In this document: positions 27,549 to 39,000 of the stretch, one piece after another
How the letters are laid out: every line of letters starts with the position of its first letter
Position numbering within the stretch: position 1 is the first letter of the stretch
IMG/VR virus record: IMGVR_UViG_3300040816_001340
Span: 1-59,279 of that record
Length of the DNA stretch: 59,279 nt
DNA from: a virus
Lineage: Duplodnaviria; Caudoviricetes
Strand: one strand, 5' to 3'
The notes under the pieces: generated by a model
What the model was told of the DNA's origin: nothing
The model's input: the letters and a program-made list of their open reading frames with translations, nothing else
The model's database searches: none
Translations under genes and position numbers: made by a program

Positions 27549-30500
27549 TTAAGCTAGAGGAACTGGATTGTAACCGCCCGCATCATTTGCATTCTTTGAC
27601 AGAAGCGTCATATTGCCTTTGTTGTCTGTATTTATATTATACTGTGTCGTACCATTTATAGCAGCACTTATTATTTTATTTGTTAACTCATCACCGTCAA
27701 GCATTTGCTTAATTGAAAGGTTTATCATGATAGGCTGCGAAGCTTGTTTTGTAATAGCTTCTGATACTTTTCTTGTTTCTTCAATTTGAGTATTGCTTTT
27801 CGCTTGCACAGCTTCTTTTTCAGATATAAACGAGTTAGCTACACCTGAAAGTAAAGCTATAGGCGCAGCAATCGGAGCTGCTAAAGGAAATAAAGATGCA
27901 ATAGATGCTATTGACGTTATAGAACTTAAAGCGCCTTTAAGATAGTTACCAGACTTAAATTGTTGATATGCACTATATCCACTTAGAGCACCACCAATTC
28001 CTGCAAAACCTTTGGTAGCAGCTGAAACGCCTTTACTTAAAAAGCTAGACCTAGGTTTCGGAGCAGTCATAGCTGTGCTAGCTGTGTTAGTATTACTAGG
28101 CAAAGCTGCGGGTGCAGGGCTTGCAGGTTTAACTGCATTTTTTTGTGCTTGTTGAGCAGCAAGTGCTGCAGCTGAAGCGGCCGAAGAAGCTGATGCTGCA
28201 GTTTGTGCAAGTCGACCGCCTAACATGAATGTTCCTGCTGTAGAAAGTATTGAAGGACCAAATATTCCAGCACCAATAGCTAGCTTCTCCCAGCCACCTA
28301 AACTACTCCAAGTTAACTTAATACCTTCCCAGATACCTGTAACAATCATACCACCAATATCAGCTAATATACTTCCTGAAGTACTTACTGCATTCTTAAA
28401 CTCAGTTATAAGTTGTGATATTAATCCTTCACTTATAACTTTGCCATTTAAGTCTTTTTTGTCAGTAAGAATACCTTTAACTTTATCCCAAGAGTCTAAG
28501 ACGTATTTTTTGAAAAATTTACCTAGACCAGTTTTAGGATCACTATAACTATTGCCCTTAAAAGTTCCATTAAATAATCTTAGCAAATCAATAAAACCAG
28601 TAACTAGTGCAGGTAAGCTTTTTATCATACCACTTATAATTCCGCCTACCATTCTTTGACCAATAAGAAATAGTCTAGAGACAAACTTGCTATTCATAAA
28701 TGAATCATACATCTTAGAAAATGAATTTTGTATCTTTTCTGGAGTTGACTCAACATCTATTAGTACGTTTATAAATGAAGCTATATTTTTTGATAAAGTT
28801 ACAAATCCATTTGCAACGTCATCGTCTATAAGCTTTGCAAAGGTTCCAATTATATTGTCGATAGAGTCTAAAAGATCTTTAGAAAGAAAGTTATTAAGTA
28901 CTTTAGTATAAATGTTTTGTATACTATTACTTAGGCCCATCATTGACTTTTGGAATCGTGTATTTTTAACTAACGCATCCTTCATACCTTCAGACATAGC
29001 CTGAAATGGGCTTGTTAGTTTTTTACCAACATTTACAAACTCTTTTATAGAACCTGACATTTCTTTGACAGCTTCTTTAAGCTGGTGTTCAGGCGAAGAT
29101 TCTTTCATTTTTTGCTGAAGCTCTTGATATGAAAGACCCATTCCTTCAAAAGACATTGCTGTTTGAAGCATTTCTCCATTTAAGCCTGTATATTGAGATA
29201 AGAGAGCTTTTTCATGACGATTTAAGTCTCTAAAGTCTCGGCCTGTTTGAATCATTCCTTCTCTAAATTGATTTAATATCTCCATTGGATCTTCAGCACG
29301 AATGATATCCATTGCATCAATTGCCATACCAAATGTTTGAGAAAGAAGAGCAGCACTTTCTGCAGCACTCTCAAAAGTTGTAAACTTATTAAATATTGAA
29401 ACCAAACCTTCAGCTTCTACGCCTAGTTGCGCTGCTTGAGCAGTAACATTTGCAAATTCTTGTTCTGAAAGATGACTAAATTCAACAACATTTTTTCTTA
29501 AAACATTCATTCCTTTAGCAACTTGTTTTTGATCTACACCAAATTTATTTTGTGCTTGGTTTGAAGCATAAATTGCCTTTGCAAGACCTCTAAACGGATG
29601 AATGCCTTCTGACATGCTTCTTCGCATCATAAACATGTTATCTTCAACAGACATACCTAAAGATCGAAGTGCCCTTTCAGCAGTAATACCATTATCTTGA
29701 TACGCGTCTGAATAAAGGTTTCCTAACGATCCCATTGCTGTAACAGTTTCTCTAACAGCAGCAGCCATCGCTTTTTGACCTTCAAGACCATAACCAAATG
29801 TTTTTGCTGCCTCTGAGTTTACATTAAGAAATGCTGTACCTAAACCTCTTATTTGTGCAGTTAACCTAATAAATCCTTGACCTTGTTTAGACATTGAAGA
29901 AAAGTTTTCTTGAGTATCTTCAAGGGTTTGACTAATTGCTAAGTACTCTTCTCTAATTGAATGTGCTATATCAAGCATAGACTCAAGTGTTTTAAGTGGA
30001 AGAGTTATCAGCAGCTTACCAACATTTATTAATGTTGTCATTAATCCTTTGAATACATTAAATAAACTTGATCCTATACCCATAAAGAAAGACATATGAC
30101 TTTTGAATGTATCAAATGCAAAAAAGAGTCTTTCTCGCCTTGACTCTAATTTGTTAAATATCTCAGCTTGTTGCTTTGAATATAATAAAAAACCTCCGGT
30201 TAGCTTATTGAGCGCAGCAGTCCCAAGAGATGTATTTTTATCAACAAAAGCACCGTATCTTTTAATTAAGTCTTTTTGGACAGCTTTTGTTTTTAAGTCT
30301 ATCATTTTTGTGTAGTCATCTACACTATCAGCTGCAGCCATAGCTGCATCTCGTACACCTTCAAAAGCTTCTTGTTGATTAGATAAAGTACTATTAAAGC
30401 TTCCCATTCCAGACTCAGCGTTTCCTATAACAGCTGTTAAGTCTTGAACCGATGTAGCAAATGTGTTTGCAGTTGCATTTAATGATCCTACTGTATCTTG

Positions 30501-30557
30501 TAGGTTACTCATTAGTCCTACAAGAGACTCAAGTTGTCCAAAGACTTTATCATCCAT
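27549..30557 (-). CDS. Tail tape measure protein
   Basis: 1002 aa, helical and Ala/Gly/Ser-rich, with hydrophobic segments near the C-terminus; downstream of tube and chaperone genes. Confidence 0.85.
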   Translation of the reverse strand: MDDKVFGQLESLVGLMSNLQDTVGSLNATANTFATSVQDLTAVIGNAESGMGSFNSTLSNQQEAFEGVRDAAMAAADSVDDYTKMIDLKTKAVQKDLIKRYGAFVDKNTSLGTAALNKLTGGFLLYSKQQAEIFNKLESRRERLFFAFDTFKSHMSFFMGIGSSLFNVFKGLMTTLINVGKLLITLPLKTLESMLDIAHSIREEYLAISQTLEDTQENFSSMSKQGQGFIRLTAQIRGLGTAFLNVNSEAAKTFGYGLEGQKAMAAAVRETVTAMGSLGNLYSDAYQDNGITAERALRSLGMSVEDNMFMMRRSMSEGIHPFRGLAKAIYASNQAQNKFGVDQKQVAKGMNVLRKNVVEFSHLSEQEFANVTAQAAQLGVEAEGLVSIFNKFTTFESAAESAALLSQTFGMAIDAMDIIRAEDPMEILNQFREGMIQTGRDFRDLNRHEKALLSQYTGLNGEMLQTAMSFEGMGLSYQELQQKMKESSPEHQLKEAVKEMSGSIKEFVNVGKKLTSPFQAMSEGMKDALVKNTRFQKSMMGLSNSIQNIYTKVLNNFLSKDLLDSIDNIIGTFAKLIDDDVANGFVTLSKNIASFINVLIDVESTPEKIQNSFSKMYDSFMNSKFVSRLFLIGQRMVGGIISGMIKSLPALVTGFIDLLRLFNGTFKGNSYSDPKTGLGKFFKKYVLDSWDKVKGILTDKKDLNGKVISEGLISQLITEFKNAVSTSGSILADIGGMIVTGIWEGIKLTWSSLGGWEKLAIGAGIFGPSILSTAGTFMLGGRLAQTAASASSAASAAALAAQQAQKNAVKPASPAPAALPSNTNTASTAMTAPKPRSSFLSKGVSAATKGFAGIGGALSGYSAYQQFKSGNYLKGALSSITSIASIASLFPLAAPIAAPIALLSGVANSFISEKEAVQAKSNTQIEETRKVSEAITKQASQPIMINLSIKQMLDGDELTNKIISAAINGTTQYNINTDNKGNMTLLSKNANDAGGYNPVPLA

Positions 30558-30799
30558 TAGAGTCTCCAGGTAATACCACTAATTTTTTGAAACTCTAATG
30601 TTGCTTCTTTTTTTATTTCTGCTTGCTTAGTAATGCTTTCTAAATTACCTTCTTGAATTGCCTGATAAAGCTTTTTACTTTCAGAAAGTAAACGAGAATA
30701 ACTCTGGAGAAACTCTTTGTCTCCGTTTAGGTTGATATTAATATCACGTTCAAGAATGAATTCTGCAGCAATTTTGTGTAGTTTATTTGAATTGTACAT
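30557..30799 (-). CDS. Small hypothetical tail-region protein
   Basis: 80-aa ORF whose stop overlaps the TMP start; GAGG RBS and ATATTTAT motif (30816-30823). Confidence 0.7.
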   Translation of the reverse strand: MYNSNKLHKIAAEFILERDININLNGDKEFLQSYSRLLSESKKLYQAIQEGNLESITKQAEIKKEATLEFQKISGITWRL

Positions 30800-30826
30800 G
30801 GTGAGACCTCATAGTATAAATATATA

Positions 30827-31076
30827 TCAAGTAAACCTTCTCAGATTTGCAGGTGATTGAGCTCTCATTTTTCCTGATAATGCATTTTCTTCTGCAGACG
30901 CGTGTCCTTTTGAAGCGTTTGTATTTTTTATTTCCTGAACAACTCTTTGTATGAACCACTTTCTCTGGAAAACTGGAAGTCTATAGGCATCTCTATAAGA
31001 AAATCCTATGTAATACATCAATATAAAAATTTGTTCAAGAATAAAATCTTTATCATTAGGTGTCAGGCCAAAAAAA
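30827..31076 (-). CDS. Tail/baseplate assembly chaperone C-terminal segment (gp51-like), probably reached by frameshift
   Basis: FFGLT...EQIFILMYYIGFSYRDAYRLPVFQRKWFI; no RBS-supported start; overlaps the upstream gene at a T7 run. Confidence 0.65.
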
Positions 31077-31901
31077 GCTTGCGCCGAGGGGTAGGCGCAC
31101 CTCCGAACTCTCATGACAACTTGAACATGTCATCCAAGACTTCATCTCAATACCTGGCTCGTAGTTATCAAGAAATTTTCTTAATGCCAAAGAGTCTCTA
31201 GCAGGCATATTTCTAACAAAAACCCCAATCTTGTTCTTATCTCTAATGTCATCAACAGAAACAATTGATCTAATCAAACGATCAGTAACAGCTGTGTCAT
31301 TTCGCTGAAGACCTTGTTTCTTTTTTCTCTCTGAAGTTTTTGCAATATCTTGCTCGTCATGTCCAGTAAGAAACTTAACTTGAACAGTCTTTTTTGTCAC
31401 AGGTAATTCAACTTCAAATAAGTTTGCACCTTCTGTAACAGGACTTACTTCAAGTCTTTTAATAGCTAATTCTGAAAGATCAAAGTCGTTTTTTGCATTT
31501 GTTCCACATGCAGGACAGTCTACTTCAACAGAGTATTCTGATCCGTACCCGGTAATTCTAAGTGCAATCATAAGAGCATTTCTGTCACCACTAATAAGCA
31601 TATCTGGATCAATACTTTTGTCAACTAAACAGCTTCTCATTAACTCTGAAAGAACTGTTCCTTTTTTAATTAGTGCTCTACTTGTAAGAATATCCTCTTC
31701 TTTAGCTGTCATAGGTCTAATTTCTAGAGTTTCTCTACCATAAACTGGACTATCTACTGGATAAATTAAACCTTTACTAGGTAGAGGAACAGACTCAATA
31801 GGAATATCTAAACCAAAGTCTTCTTCTAGAACATTAACTCTCTTAATAGGACTGTCTCCACCTACTGGAACACCACCTAATAGCTCACCTCTATCTGACA
31901 T
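31056..31901 (-). CDS. T4 gp26-like baseplate hub / tail assembly chaperone with Zn ribbons
   Basis: LPSKGLIYP, RPMTAKEEDIL, RITGYG..Y, CPACG, CSSC, C-terminal FFWP. Confidence 0.82.
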   Translation of the reverse strand: MSDRGELLGGVPVGGDSPIKRVNVLEEDFGLDIPIESVPLPSKGLIYPVDSPVYGRETLEIRPMTAKEEDILTSRALIKKGTVLSELMRSCLVDKSIDPDMLISGDRNALMIALRITGYGSEYSVEVDCPACGTNAKNDFDLSELAIKRLEVSPVTEGANLFEVELPVTKKTVQVKFLTGHDEQDIAKTSERKKKQGLQRNDTAVTDRLIRSIVSVDDIRDKNKIGVFVRNMPARDSLALRKFLDNYEPGIEMKSWMTCSSCHESSEVRLPLGASFFWPDT

Positions 31902-31971
31902 ATACTACATCCTTTATCTTCTCTCTAGAGATATTATACCTTAATTTCTAGAGATTGTTTAATTATTTTTT

Positions 31972-34900
31972 TTAATTTACTAGTCTTTCAAAAGTTCCTA
32001 CAATATCATCTAAATTAATAGTATCTTCTTCACCTGAACCCATATCTTTTCTTCCTACAAATACAACTGATACTGATCCTCTAAATATACCACTCTGCAA
32101 ATCTTCATCAGACATATTTCTAGAAGATATATTTGTAGTAAAGCTTTCTAGAACTCCTAATGTTACATACTCTTGTAAAATTTCTCTTAATCTTCTGTCA
32201 TATTCAGCAACAAAAGGCTCTACTCTAGATGTATAATTTTCAAATAGAAACTCTCTAACAGACATATCTCTAATTCTTTTTCTAATTTCAGATCGTGCTC
32301 TTCTAGTTCCTATCGCTCCTGCGAGACTAGGTTTAACATCATCTTCAGTTCTTGCTGAAGTTACTCTAATTGCATCTCTGCTTAATGCAATTGTATTAAT
32401 ATCTCTAGATCTATAAAGTTCTCTTAATTCATTTGTGTTATTAGAGCCTAGATCATTTAAGTCATTCAAAATTAGATTTAGACCACTTCCAACTTCAATC
32501 CGTTGTCCACTTGGTGACCTACCAACTTCAGTTCTAGAGATAACACCTAAAGCTCCTACTGTAGCAGGAATAACTTTTGAAATGCTTTCAGCACCCTCTA
32601 GAAGTCTTGTTTTAGTTTCACCAAAATAAGATGCATTATAACTACTAAAGTAATAGTTTCTTCTATGCGACTCTGCCGTTGCCTTTATAATTGTTTTATC
32701 TTGATCTTCGACTCCATCAATACCTGCGTCACTAGCAAAATTTGTCATATAATAACTTTTTGACCCAGTTACAATTTGGTAATTATAATTTGAAAGTGGA
32801 ATATCTTGTATATAAAGATATGTCTTTTCTTCAGAAGCAAAAGTAGCAGAATTTTTACGTAGAACACTACTTTCTATCCCAGGTAAACAAACCATATCAC
32901 GAAGCAAAAGGTTTTCGTCTTTGATCAAATTCGCTGCTTTATTGTAGCTTATAATAGTAGGACCATCTAGATCACCGTCTTCAAGCTCGTCGTTTTCTTC
33001 TCTTACACATGCATCAGATGTAAAGTTACTTTTATCAGCATCAAATATATTTGTTCCATCAAAACCACCTGCTAAGTAAACTGAAAATGCCATGTGTCTT
33101 GAATTGTATTCTGCAATTAACTTTTTTCTTGGATCTAAGTCTTCAAAAGGATTTACATTATAGTCTTTTAAGTCACTATTAACATTAAGATATCTAGCAT
33201 AGTCACTATGCATTAGCGTTTCTTCTTGCATAGTACTTAAGTCTTTGCCATCTCTTCGATATGTAGCTAAATTCCAATTAATAAAGTCTTGCTCAACATC
33301 ACTCGAGCCAGTATGAACAATTATTTTTTCTAAATGAAACAAGTTATTATTGTATAGATCAGTATCTATATTATTATCTTCGCTTTTTTCATTCCAACTA
33401 GCAGCTACTCCGTCTTGTGTTGCATCTGGCAAAAACATTGAAAAGTCAAAATACTTTTCGCTTCTACTTACTCCACCTACGTTTGCAAAATGAAGCAAAT
33501 CTTCACCTACTGGTTTAACAATCCTGTCTAATTGTACATTTATATCTTCATTTGTACGGTATCTATAGTTAAATCTTGCATTAATACCCCACGTAGGATT
33601 TTCAATGCTTGTTGCTCTACTTTGCAAGTCGTCAATACGTGGAGAAAACTTATCGTTAGCTTGTGTACTTAGTTGAACTGTCACTGGCAAAGGACACTGT
33701 ACTACGCCGTTACTAAAAGAACTATTGTCAATGGAACCAAAAGAAGAGATATTTGATAGTAAACTATTACTGTCATATTCTGTCATTATATGACGATAAC
33801 CTCTGAAACCGCTTGGCATTATTGTTGAAGGCATTTTTCTATTTTCAACATCTTCATGCATTTCTATTCGGATATATTGGCTCTGATTAGGATATTTTCC
33901 TTTTGTTACTATTTTTTGTTTTTCTACTGCGACTTCCCAATTGTAGTATTCATATTGCGATCCTATTTTTTTGGCAACATAATCTTTAGAATAAGGATCT
34001 AAGTTACAATTGTCAAACTTTTCTAAAATAACATCTGATCTATAGTCAACAACTAAAACTCTAAAATATGAATAACTATTACCAGAGTCTGAATTATTCT
34101 TTTTAAGCTCTTTTCCTAATGATATTGGCTGAATAATTGTATATACATCTTTATTTCCTACAGAGCCATCAGCTCTTGAATGAAACTTAAATAAGTCACT
34201 TACTTTTTTAGTTAAATTAACTCTACTAGTATCTTGAATAGCAAACGTTTGTGATACTATCCAAGGAGTCGATGCAGTTCTGTATCTTGCTCTAAAATCC
34301 TCAAAATTAGGATTACTAGTATCACTTGTATTTCTGTCTAAAGAAGAAGATAAAATAAAAGTTGTATATCCACTATCTAAATGTTTTAAGCCGCTATGAA
34401 ATGCATGTGATGGATCATAAGCTGAATATAACAAATGACCTTTTTCTTCTATTTTTAGAGGATCTGTATTGAAGACTTTTTTATAATAAAAGTCACTATT
34501 TCTATTAAAATTAAAGATAATTTTATTATCTTCAAAAATATTGTAACCGTTTAGAAATAAGCTAAAAATTCTATCTCCATCTTCATCTAGACTTCCACTA
34601 CCTATATGTTGACCTAAATCACCTCCAACACCATAAAATCCTTTTGCAATAGAATTGCTATCTAATGTTTTATTCGATTCTACAACATTAAGCCCAGGAT
34701 AAACTCCACTAGGAAACATTAGAATACCATTAATAATAGGATATAATTCTCTACCATTAGCATCTTCAGTTAAATTATTTGTTACACCATCAATACTTGT
34801 CATTCCAAATTGTTCAAATGACTCTGTTAGTGGGTGTAGTATAACGTTATTATCAATAGAACCTGTGCTCTGATAATAAAAGCCGCCTAAAAAGAATGTT

Positions 34901-35358
34901 CTTCCAAGTGGTCCACCTTCATTAGCGTATACATTGCTGCTAATTTTACCATGATTTGAACTACCACTTACTTGTTCTGCGCCAACAACAAAGCCTGCTT
35001 TTTCAACAATTCCTCTGCTATTTGTTTTTTTACCGTCACCTGCTCCTAAAACTCTAATGAATGATACTTGTTTGTCAAGACCTGTTAACCATTGATCTGC
35101 AGCTAGCCTGGCATTGCTTGTTACATTAAAGCTACCTGTCGGATCTCCAAAGTATCTTGCAAAAGTGCTTAGGTTTCCTCCAAAAAGTGCAGGTCTTTCT
35201 TCACCCATTGAAATAAAACTCTTAGGTACAAATGCAGGACCTTTATGAGCTGTACCTATAATTGCACATGTATCTTTTCTATAATCAATAGTAGCAGGAG
35301 ACTCTTCAGTTAGAGTAGCCTCAAAGCCTTCAACACTCGCTTCAATTTCAGCAGACAT
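31972..35358 (-). CDS. Tail sheath protein paralogue 3 (most divergent)
   Basis: IIGTAHKGPAFVP, FIRVLGAGDG, GGFDG.NI and a degenerate C-terminal sheath domain. Confidence 0.85.
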   Translation of the reverse strand: MSAEIEASVEGFEATLTEESPATIDYRKDTCAIIGTAHKGPAFVPKSFISMGEERPALFGGNLSTFARYFGDPTGSFNVTSNARLAADQWLTGLDKQVSFIRVLGAGDGKKTNSRGIVEKAGFVVGAEQVSGSSNHGKISSNVYANEGGPLGRTFFLGGFYYQSTGSIDNNVILHPLTESFEQFGMTSIDGVTNNLTEDANGRELYPIINGILMFPSGVYPGLNVVESNKTLDSNSIAKGFYGVGGDLGQHIGSGSLDEDGDRIFSLFLNGYNIFEDNKIIFNFNRNSDFYYKKVFNTDPLKIEEKGHLLYSAYDPSHAFHSGLKHLDSGYTTFILSSSLDRNTSDTSNPNFEDFRARYRTASTPWIVSQTFAIQDTSRVNLTKKVSDLFKFHSRADGSVGNKDVYTIIQPISLGKELKKNNSDSGNSYSYFRVLVVDYRSDVILEKFDNCNLDPYSKDYVAKKIGSQYEYYNWEVAVEKQKIVTKGKYPNQSQYIRIEMHEDVENRKMPSTIMPSGFRGYRHIMTEYDSNSLLSNISSFGSIDNSSFSNGVVQCPLPVTVQLSTQANDKFSPRIDDLQSRATSIENPTWGINARFNYRYRTNEDINVQLDRIVKPVGEDLLHFANVGGVSRSEKYFDFSMFLPDATQDGVAASWNEKSEDNNIDTDLYNNNLFHLEKIIVHTGSSDVEQDFINWNLATYRRDGKDLSTMQEETLMHSDYARYLNVNSDLKDYNVNPFEDLDPRKKLIAEYNSRHMAFSVYLAGGFDGTNIFDADKSNFTSDACVREENDELEDGDLDGPTIISYNKAANLIKDENLLLRDMVCLPGIESSVLRKNSATFASEEKTYLYIQDIPLSNYNYQIVTGSKSYYMTNFASDAGIDGVEDQDKTIIKATAESHRRNYYFSSYNASYFGETKTRLLEGAESISKVIPATVGALGVISRTEVGRSPSGQRIEVGSGLNLILNDLNDLGSNNTNELRELYRSRDINTIALSRDAIRVTSARTEDDVKPSLAGAIGTRRARSEIRKRIRDMSVREFLFENYTSRVEPFVAEYDRRLREILQEYVTLGVLESFTTNISSRNMSDEDLQSGIFRGSVSVVFVGRKDMGSGEEDTINLDDIVGTFERLVN

Positions 35359-35451
35359 ATTATATCCTATTTTAACGCAGATTTAATTATAATTATCACC
35401 CTGCGTTACATATCATGTTTTTTCTAAAAAGCTATTCTGCGTATACTATAG

Positions 35452-35495
35452 TGCCTAAAATAATACTACATAAATGGCAGAGATTATTTTAGGCA
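35452..35495. repeat. Perfect 13-bp inverted repeat with 18-nt loop just downstream of the tail tube gene
   Basis: TGCCTAAAATAAT (35452-35464) / ATTATTTTAGGCA (35483-35495). Confidence 0.8.
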
Positions 35496-35509
35496 GCTAG
35501 AATTCTATT

Positions 35510-36001
35510 TTAGTATTGTAAGACGCAGTTATCGAATCGAATCGAGAGGGAAATCTCTGTTGGAGTTCCGTCATCATCATAGCTAAGCTGACCGTAATCA
35601 GCAGACTCAATGAGGCAGCCCTTCATGTCCCATAACTCAACAACTGTTCCGACAGGGTCAAGAAGCTTGATCTGGCAATCTCTCTTATAGAAATCTGCAT
35701 AACCAGCGCGACCGCTGACTGACTCATAGTGAGTTCTTAACCACTCCATAACCTGCTGTGCAGCTGATGGTGCAATGGGATCATAAAGTGTAACGTTCAT
35801 TGTCTGGAACTCATAACGTCCAGCTAAATATCTTGTGCTATTGATAAATTTAAGTGTCTGTGTGCTTCCGTTAAAGTTTGGACGAGCAGCGGTCTTCATC
35901 AAGAAAGCATCAATACCTTCGAGAGCGAAGACCCATCTATTTTGTCTTTTCGGCTCAAACTTGTTGGGAATCATTTCAGCAACTGATAATGTCTCTGCCA
36001 T
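35510..36001 (-). CDS. Tail tube protein (gp19-like)
   Basis: FEPKRQNRW, LYDPIAPSAAQQVMEW, GYADFYKRD, LDPVG.VVE.W, I.LSIRFDNCVL; lies between sheath genes. Confidence 0.9.
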   Translation of the reverse strand: MAETLSVAEMIPNKFEPKRQNRWVFALEGIDAFLMKTAARPNFNGSTQTLKFINSTRYLAGRYEFQTMNVTLYDPIAPSAAQQVMEWLRTHYESVSGRAGYADFYKRDCQIKLLDPVGTVVELWDMKGCLIESADYGQLSYDDDGTPTEISLSIRFDNCVLQY

Positions 36002-36041
36002 TTTATTTTATCTCCTAATTCTCTACTATTAAATATACGTT

Positions 36042-39000
36042 TTATTCGCTAATTGTGTTAGTTACAACAAAATCAAGTGAGACAAACTCAATGGACTTTG
36101 TCGGCTGTAAGAAAATTCTTCCACGTAAAGTATTGTTCTCAATGTCAATATCTGTTGTTGTGGATGCATCAATTTGTACTTTATATCGCTGTACACCTTG
36201 TCTTTGCTGAACTCTCTGCATGATTGGCTCAACCAATGATGTAAACCTAGCAAGAGTACTTTCTCTATTAGGCTCAAAGAGAAGTGTTTCAGCAACTTTC
36301 TTTACTTGTCTTCTAATGTTAATAAGAAGTCTTCTTACATTAACTCTATCAAGTGCTGAAGGATCTTGTAACAATGTCTTTTGTCCAAAGATATACGTCT
36401 CTTCTGTTCTACCAGCTGGAACATAAATCGGGTTAATATCAGCATCATAAATTTCATCTAGCTCACTTTCTCTTAGATATAAGCTAGAGCCAACAGCACT
36501 TTGAATACGACCTCTATTTAGACCTGCTGGAGCAAACCAAGGATCTGCAATACTGTCGTTTTGCGAATAAACACCTAAGACACCAACAGAAGCCGGAACC
36601 TTAACAGGAGCATTATCGATTGGACGTCTAATAAGAACATCTGGGAAGTATGCTGCTGCAAAAGATGTATCCAAAGCTCTTGCTTCAAATTTATCAACTG
36701 TATTACCAACATGAATTGTATTAACAATGCCTGCAGCAGATCCACTGATAACTTGATTTCTTGTGTTATACTTGTCAATATCCATAATATAGATTGCGTC
36801 AAATCTATTTTCACAAGCGCTAATTCCATGATCTGTTACAGGGAATGCTGTAATTCCTGGAGTTGCCAAGACTTGAATTTCTACAGCTGACTTATCTGTA
36901 AAGATATCAATACCTTTTTTGAATGCCTGTGTCGTTGGACCTTCAAAGATATTTGCTACTTCTTCGTTAGCTTCTCTAACAGCTGCTGTGTTTGTAAGAT
37001 TATATTTCTCTTTATCAAAGATATTTAGCCCATCAAATCCTCCCTGTAAGAATGTTCTAAATTTAAGATAACTTGAGTTAATTCCCTTTGCATCTTGATC
37101 AACTGAAACAAACCTATCAAGGCTACTATTTGACTTATTACCTTGAAGTCTTTGATACTCTGCTTGACCCCACTCTTCAACATCCCCAGCTGAGCTAGTT
37201 TTTACTTGAATTAATTCTAATGAGAAGAAGTTTCTATTAAAAGTATCACTAGCTTCAAAGGCAGATTTTGCATTATCTTGTGTCGGGAAGAATTTGGCAA
37301 AAGAATAAAGTGATTTATTAAAAGTTGTATCGCCTACTTCTCTATAGCCACTTGTACCAACATCAACACTAGACTTAAGACCAAACTTAAGACCCCATGG
37401 AATAGGATCAGCAGAAAATGCATTTGTTCCTACTTTTCTACCAATGCTTCTAACATAAGGTAAAGGAGGAATTGATGCGCTATTATAATGAGTTAATCCT
37501 TCCATAAGATTAAGTGGGTCTGCAAAAGCTCCTGCTGTTTGTAGACTTAAAGGACCTCTAAATCCTACAGGAAGCGCAGTATCAGGGACCTTACCTGAAA
37601 GCAGATCAGTAGATAGCTCAACTCTAACATAAGGATTTTTAACTTCATATAAACCTCTTTGCTCAAGTCTTTGCTTGCCTTCAGCACGATCGAAGTCATA
37701 ATACATGTGCTTATCACCAATAACTTTGGCAATATAGTTTCTAGAGTCTGGATCAAGACTTAAGTTTCTAAATGCAGCTAGCTTATCGCCACGAATAGGA
37801 TCAGACTCAAAACTTTCTAAAACAAGATCAAATCTTCCATAAGGAGAGCTACTTGTTCCTTTAATAATATTTTCGATAAGAACTCTAAATCCTTTATGAC
37901 TTTGCTCACCGTCGTCTAGAGCATGAAGTCTAAATAAATCATAGACCTTTTCAGACAATCCTACACGGCTTGTATCACTTCCTAAACCGTATCCTTGAGA
38001 AACAAAGTAAGGAGTTTTTGCTGTTGCGTATCTATGACTAAAATCTTCAAAGTTAGCAATAGATGTATCTGCTGTATTTCTACCTAATGAAGAAGACATT
38101 AGGAACCCGTAAAGACTTCCACTAAGAGCTACTGTACTGATTTTTTGAACGTCGCTACCTGTTGCAACAGCAACTGTATTAGAAATATCCCAATGTGAAT
38201 ATAGATAGTGTCCTTCTTCTTCAAGCTTAGTAGGATCTGTATTTAGGACATTTGCGAAATAGTTTGTTTTGCTTGGATCAAAAGAACACTGGAGTGTATT
38301 AGAATAAGAAGCGTTTTTGAATCCGTTAAGTAAGATCTTAAAATCATTACCTGACGAACCGCTTACTTGACCAAAGATATAACCAACATCATGTGTTCCT
38401 GCTGTATCTCCAAAAAGTCCTTTAGCACTATGACCGTCTAAATCAATGTCTGTATGACTTGAACTTAAGACATTATCAAATTGATATGCAAGAGCTTCAT
38501 CAAAGTCAAGTGATGCATTAACACCAGCAGGAGTCATGAGAACACCTCTAACAACTGGAACAGACTCGACGCTACTTTGAAGACCTGCGTCTGAAAGATA
38601 TCTGCTTCCAGCAGACTCTGACATGTAACAGCCTAGAAAGTATGTTCTTCCTGCAACACCCGCTGCTACAGCATTATCATTATAAGCTTTTACTCCTGAT
38701 CCCTGAACTAGTTGATCACCAACAACAAAGCCAGCATCAGTAACTTTGCCTGTTGAAGGATTAGCTTTTTTACCGTCACCAACGCCAAGAATTCTAACAA
38801 ATGCACCAGCTTGTGAATTTTGCATCCATTCATTTAGTGCAAGTGGACCATGACGATGTCCGTTAGAGTCTTTGCTATTTTCTGTAATAGAACCGAAGAT
38901 TTCTCCAAATTGTTCCATATTAGCAAAAACTCTTGGAACAAAAGCTGGTCCTCTCTTTGCAGTTCCAACAACACCGGCAGGTGTTCCACTAGGTAAGACC

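Noticed and set aside
30815-30822. T4 late promoter TATAAATA on the plus strand (also 45555, 47545, 54894)
   Set aside because: It points away from the adjacent genes with no plus-strand ORF downstream; better explained as the reverse complement of the sense ATATTTAT motif.
35359-35509. tRNA genes in the larger spacers (also 45560-45654, 54903-55000)
   Set aside because: No cloverleaf, T-loop GTTC motif or acceptor stem found.
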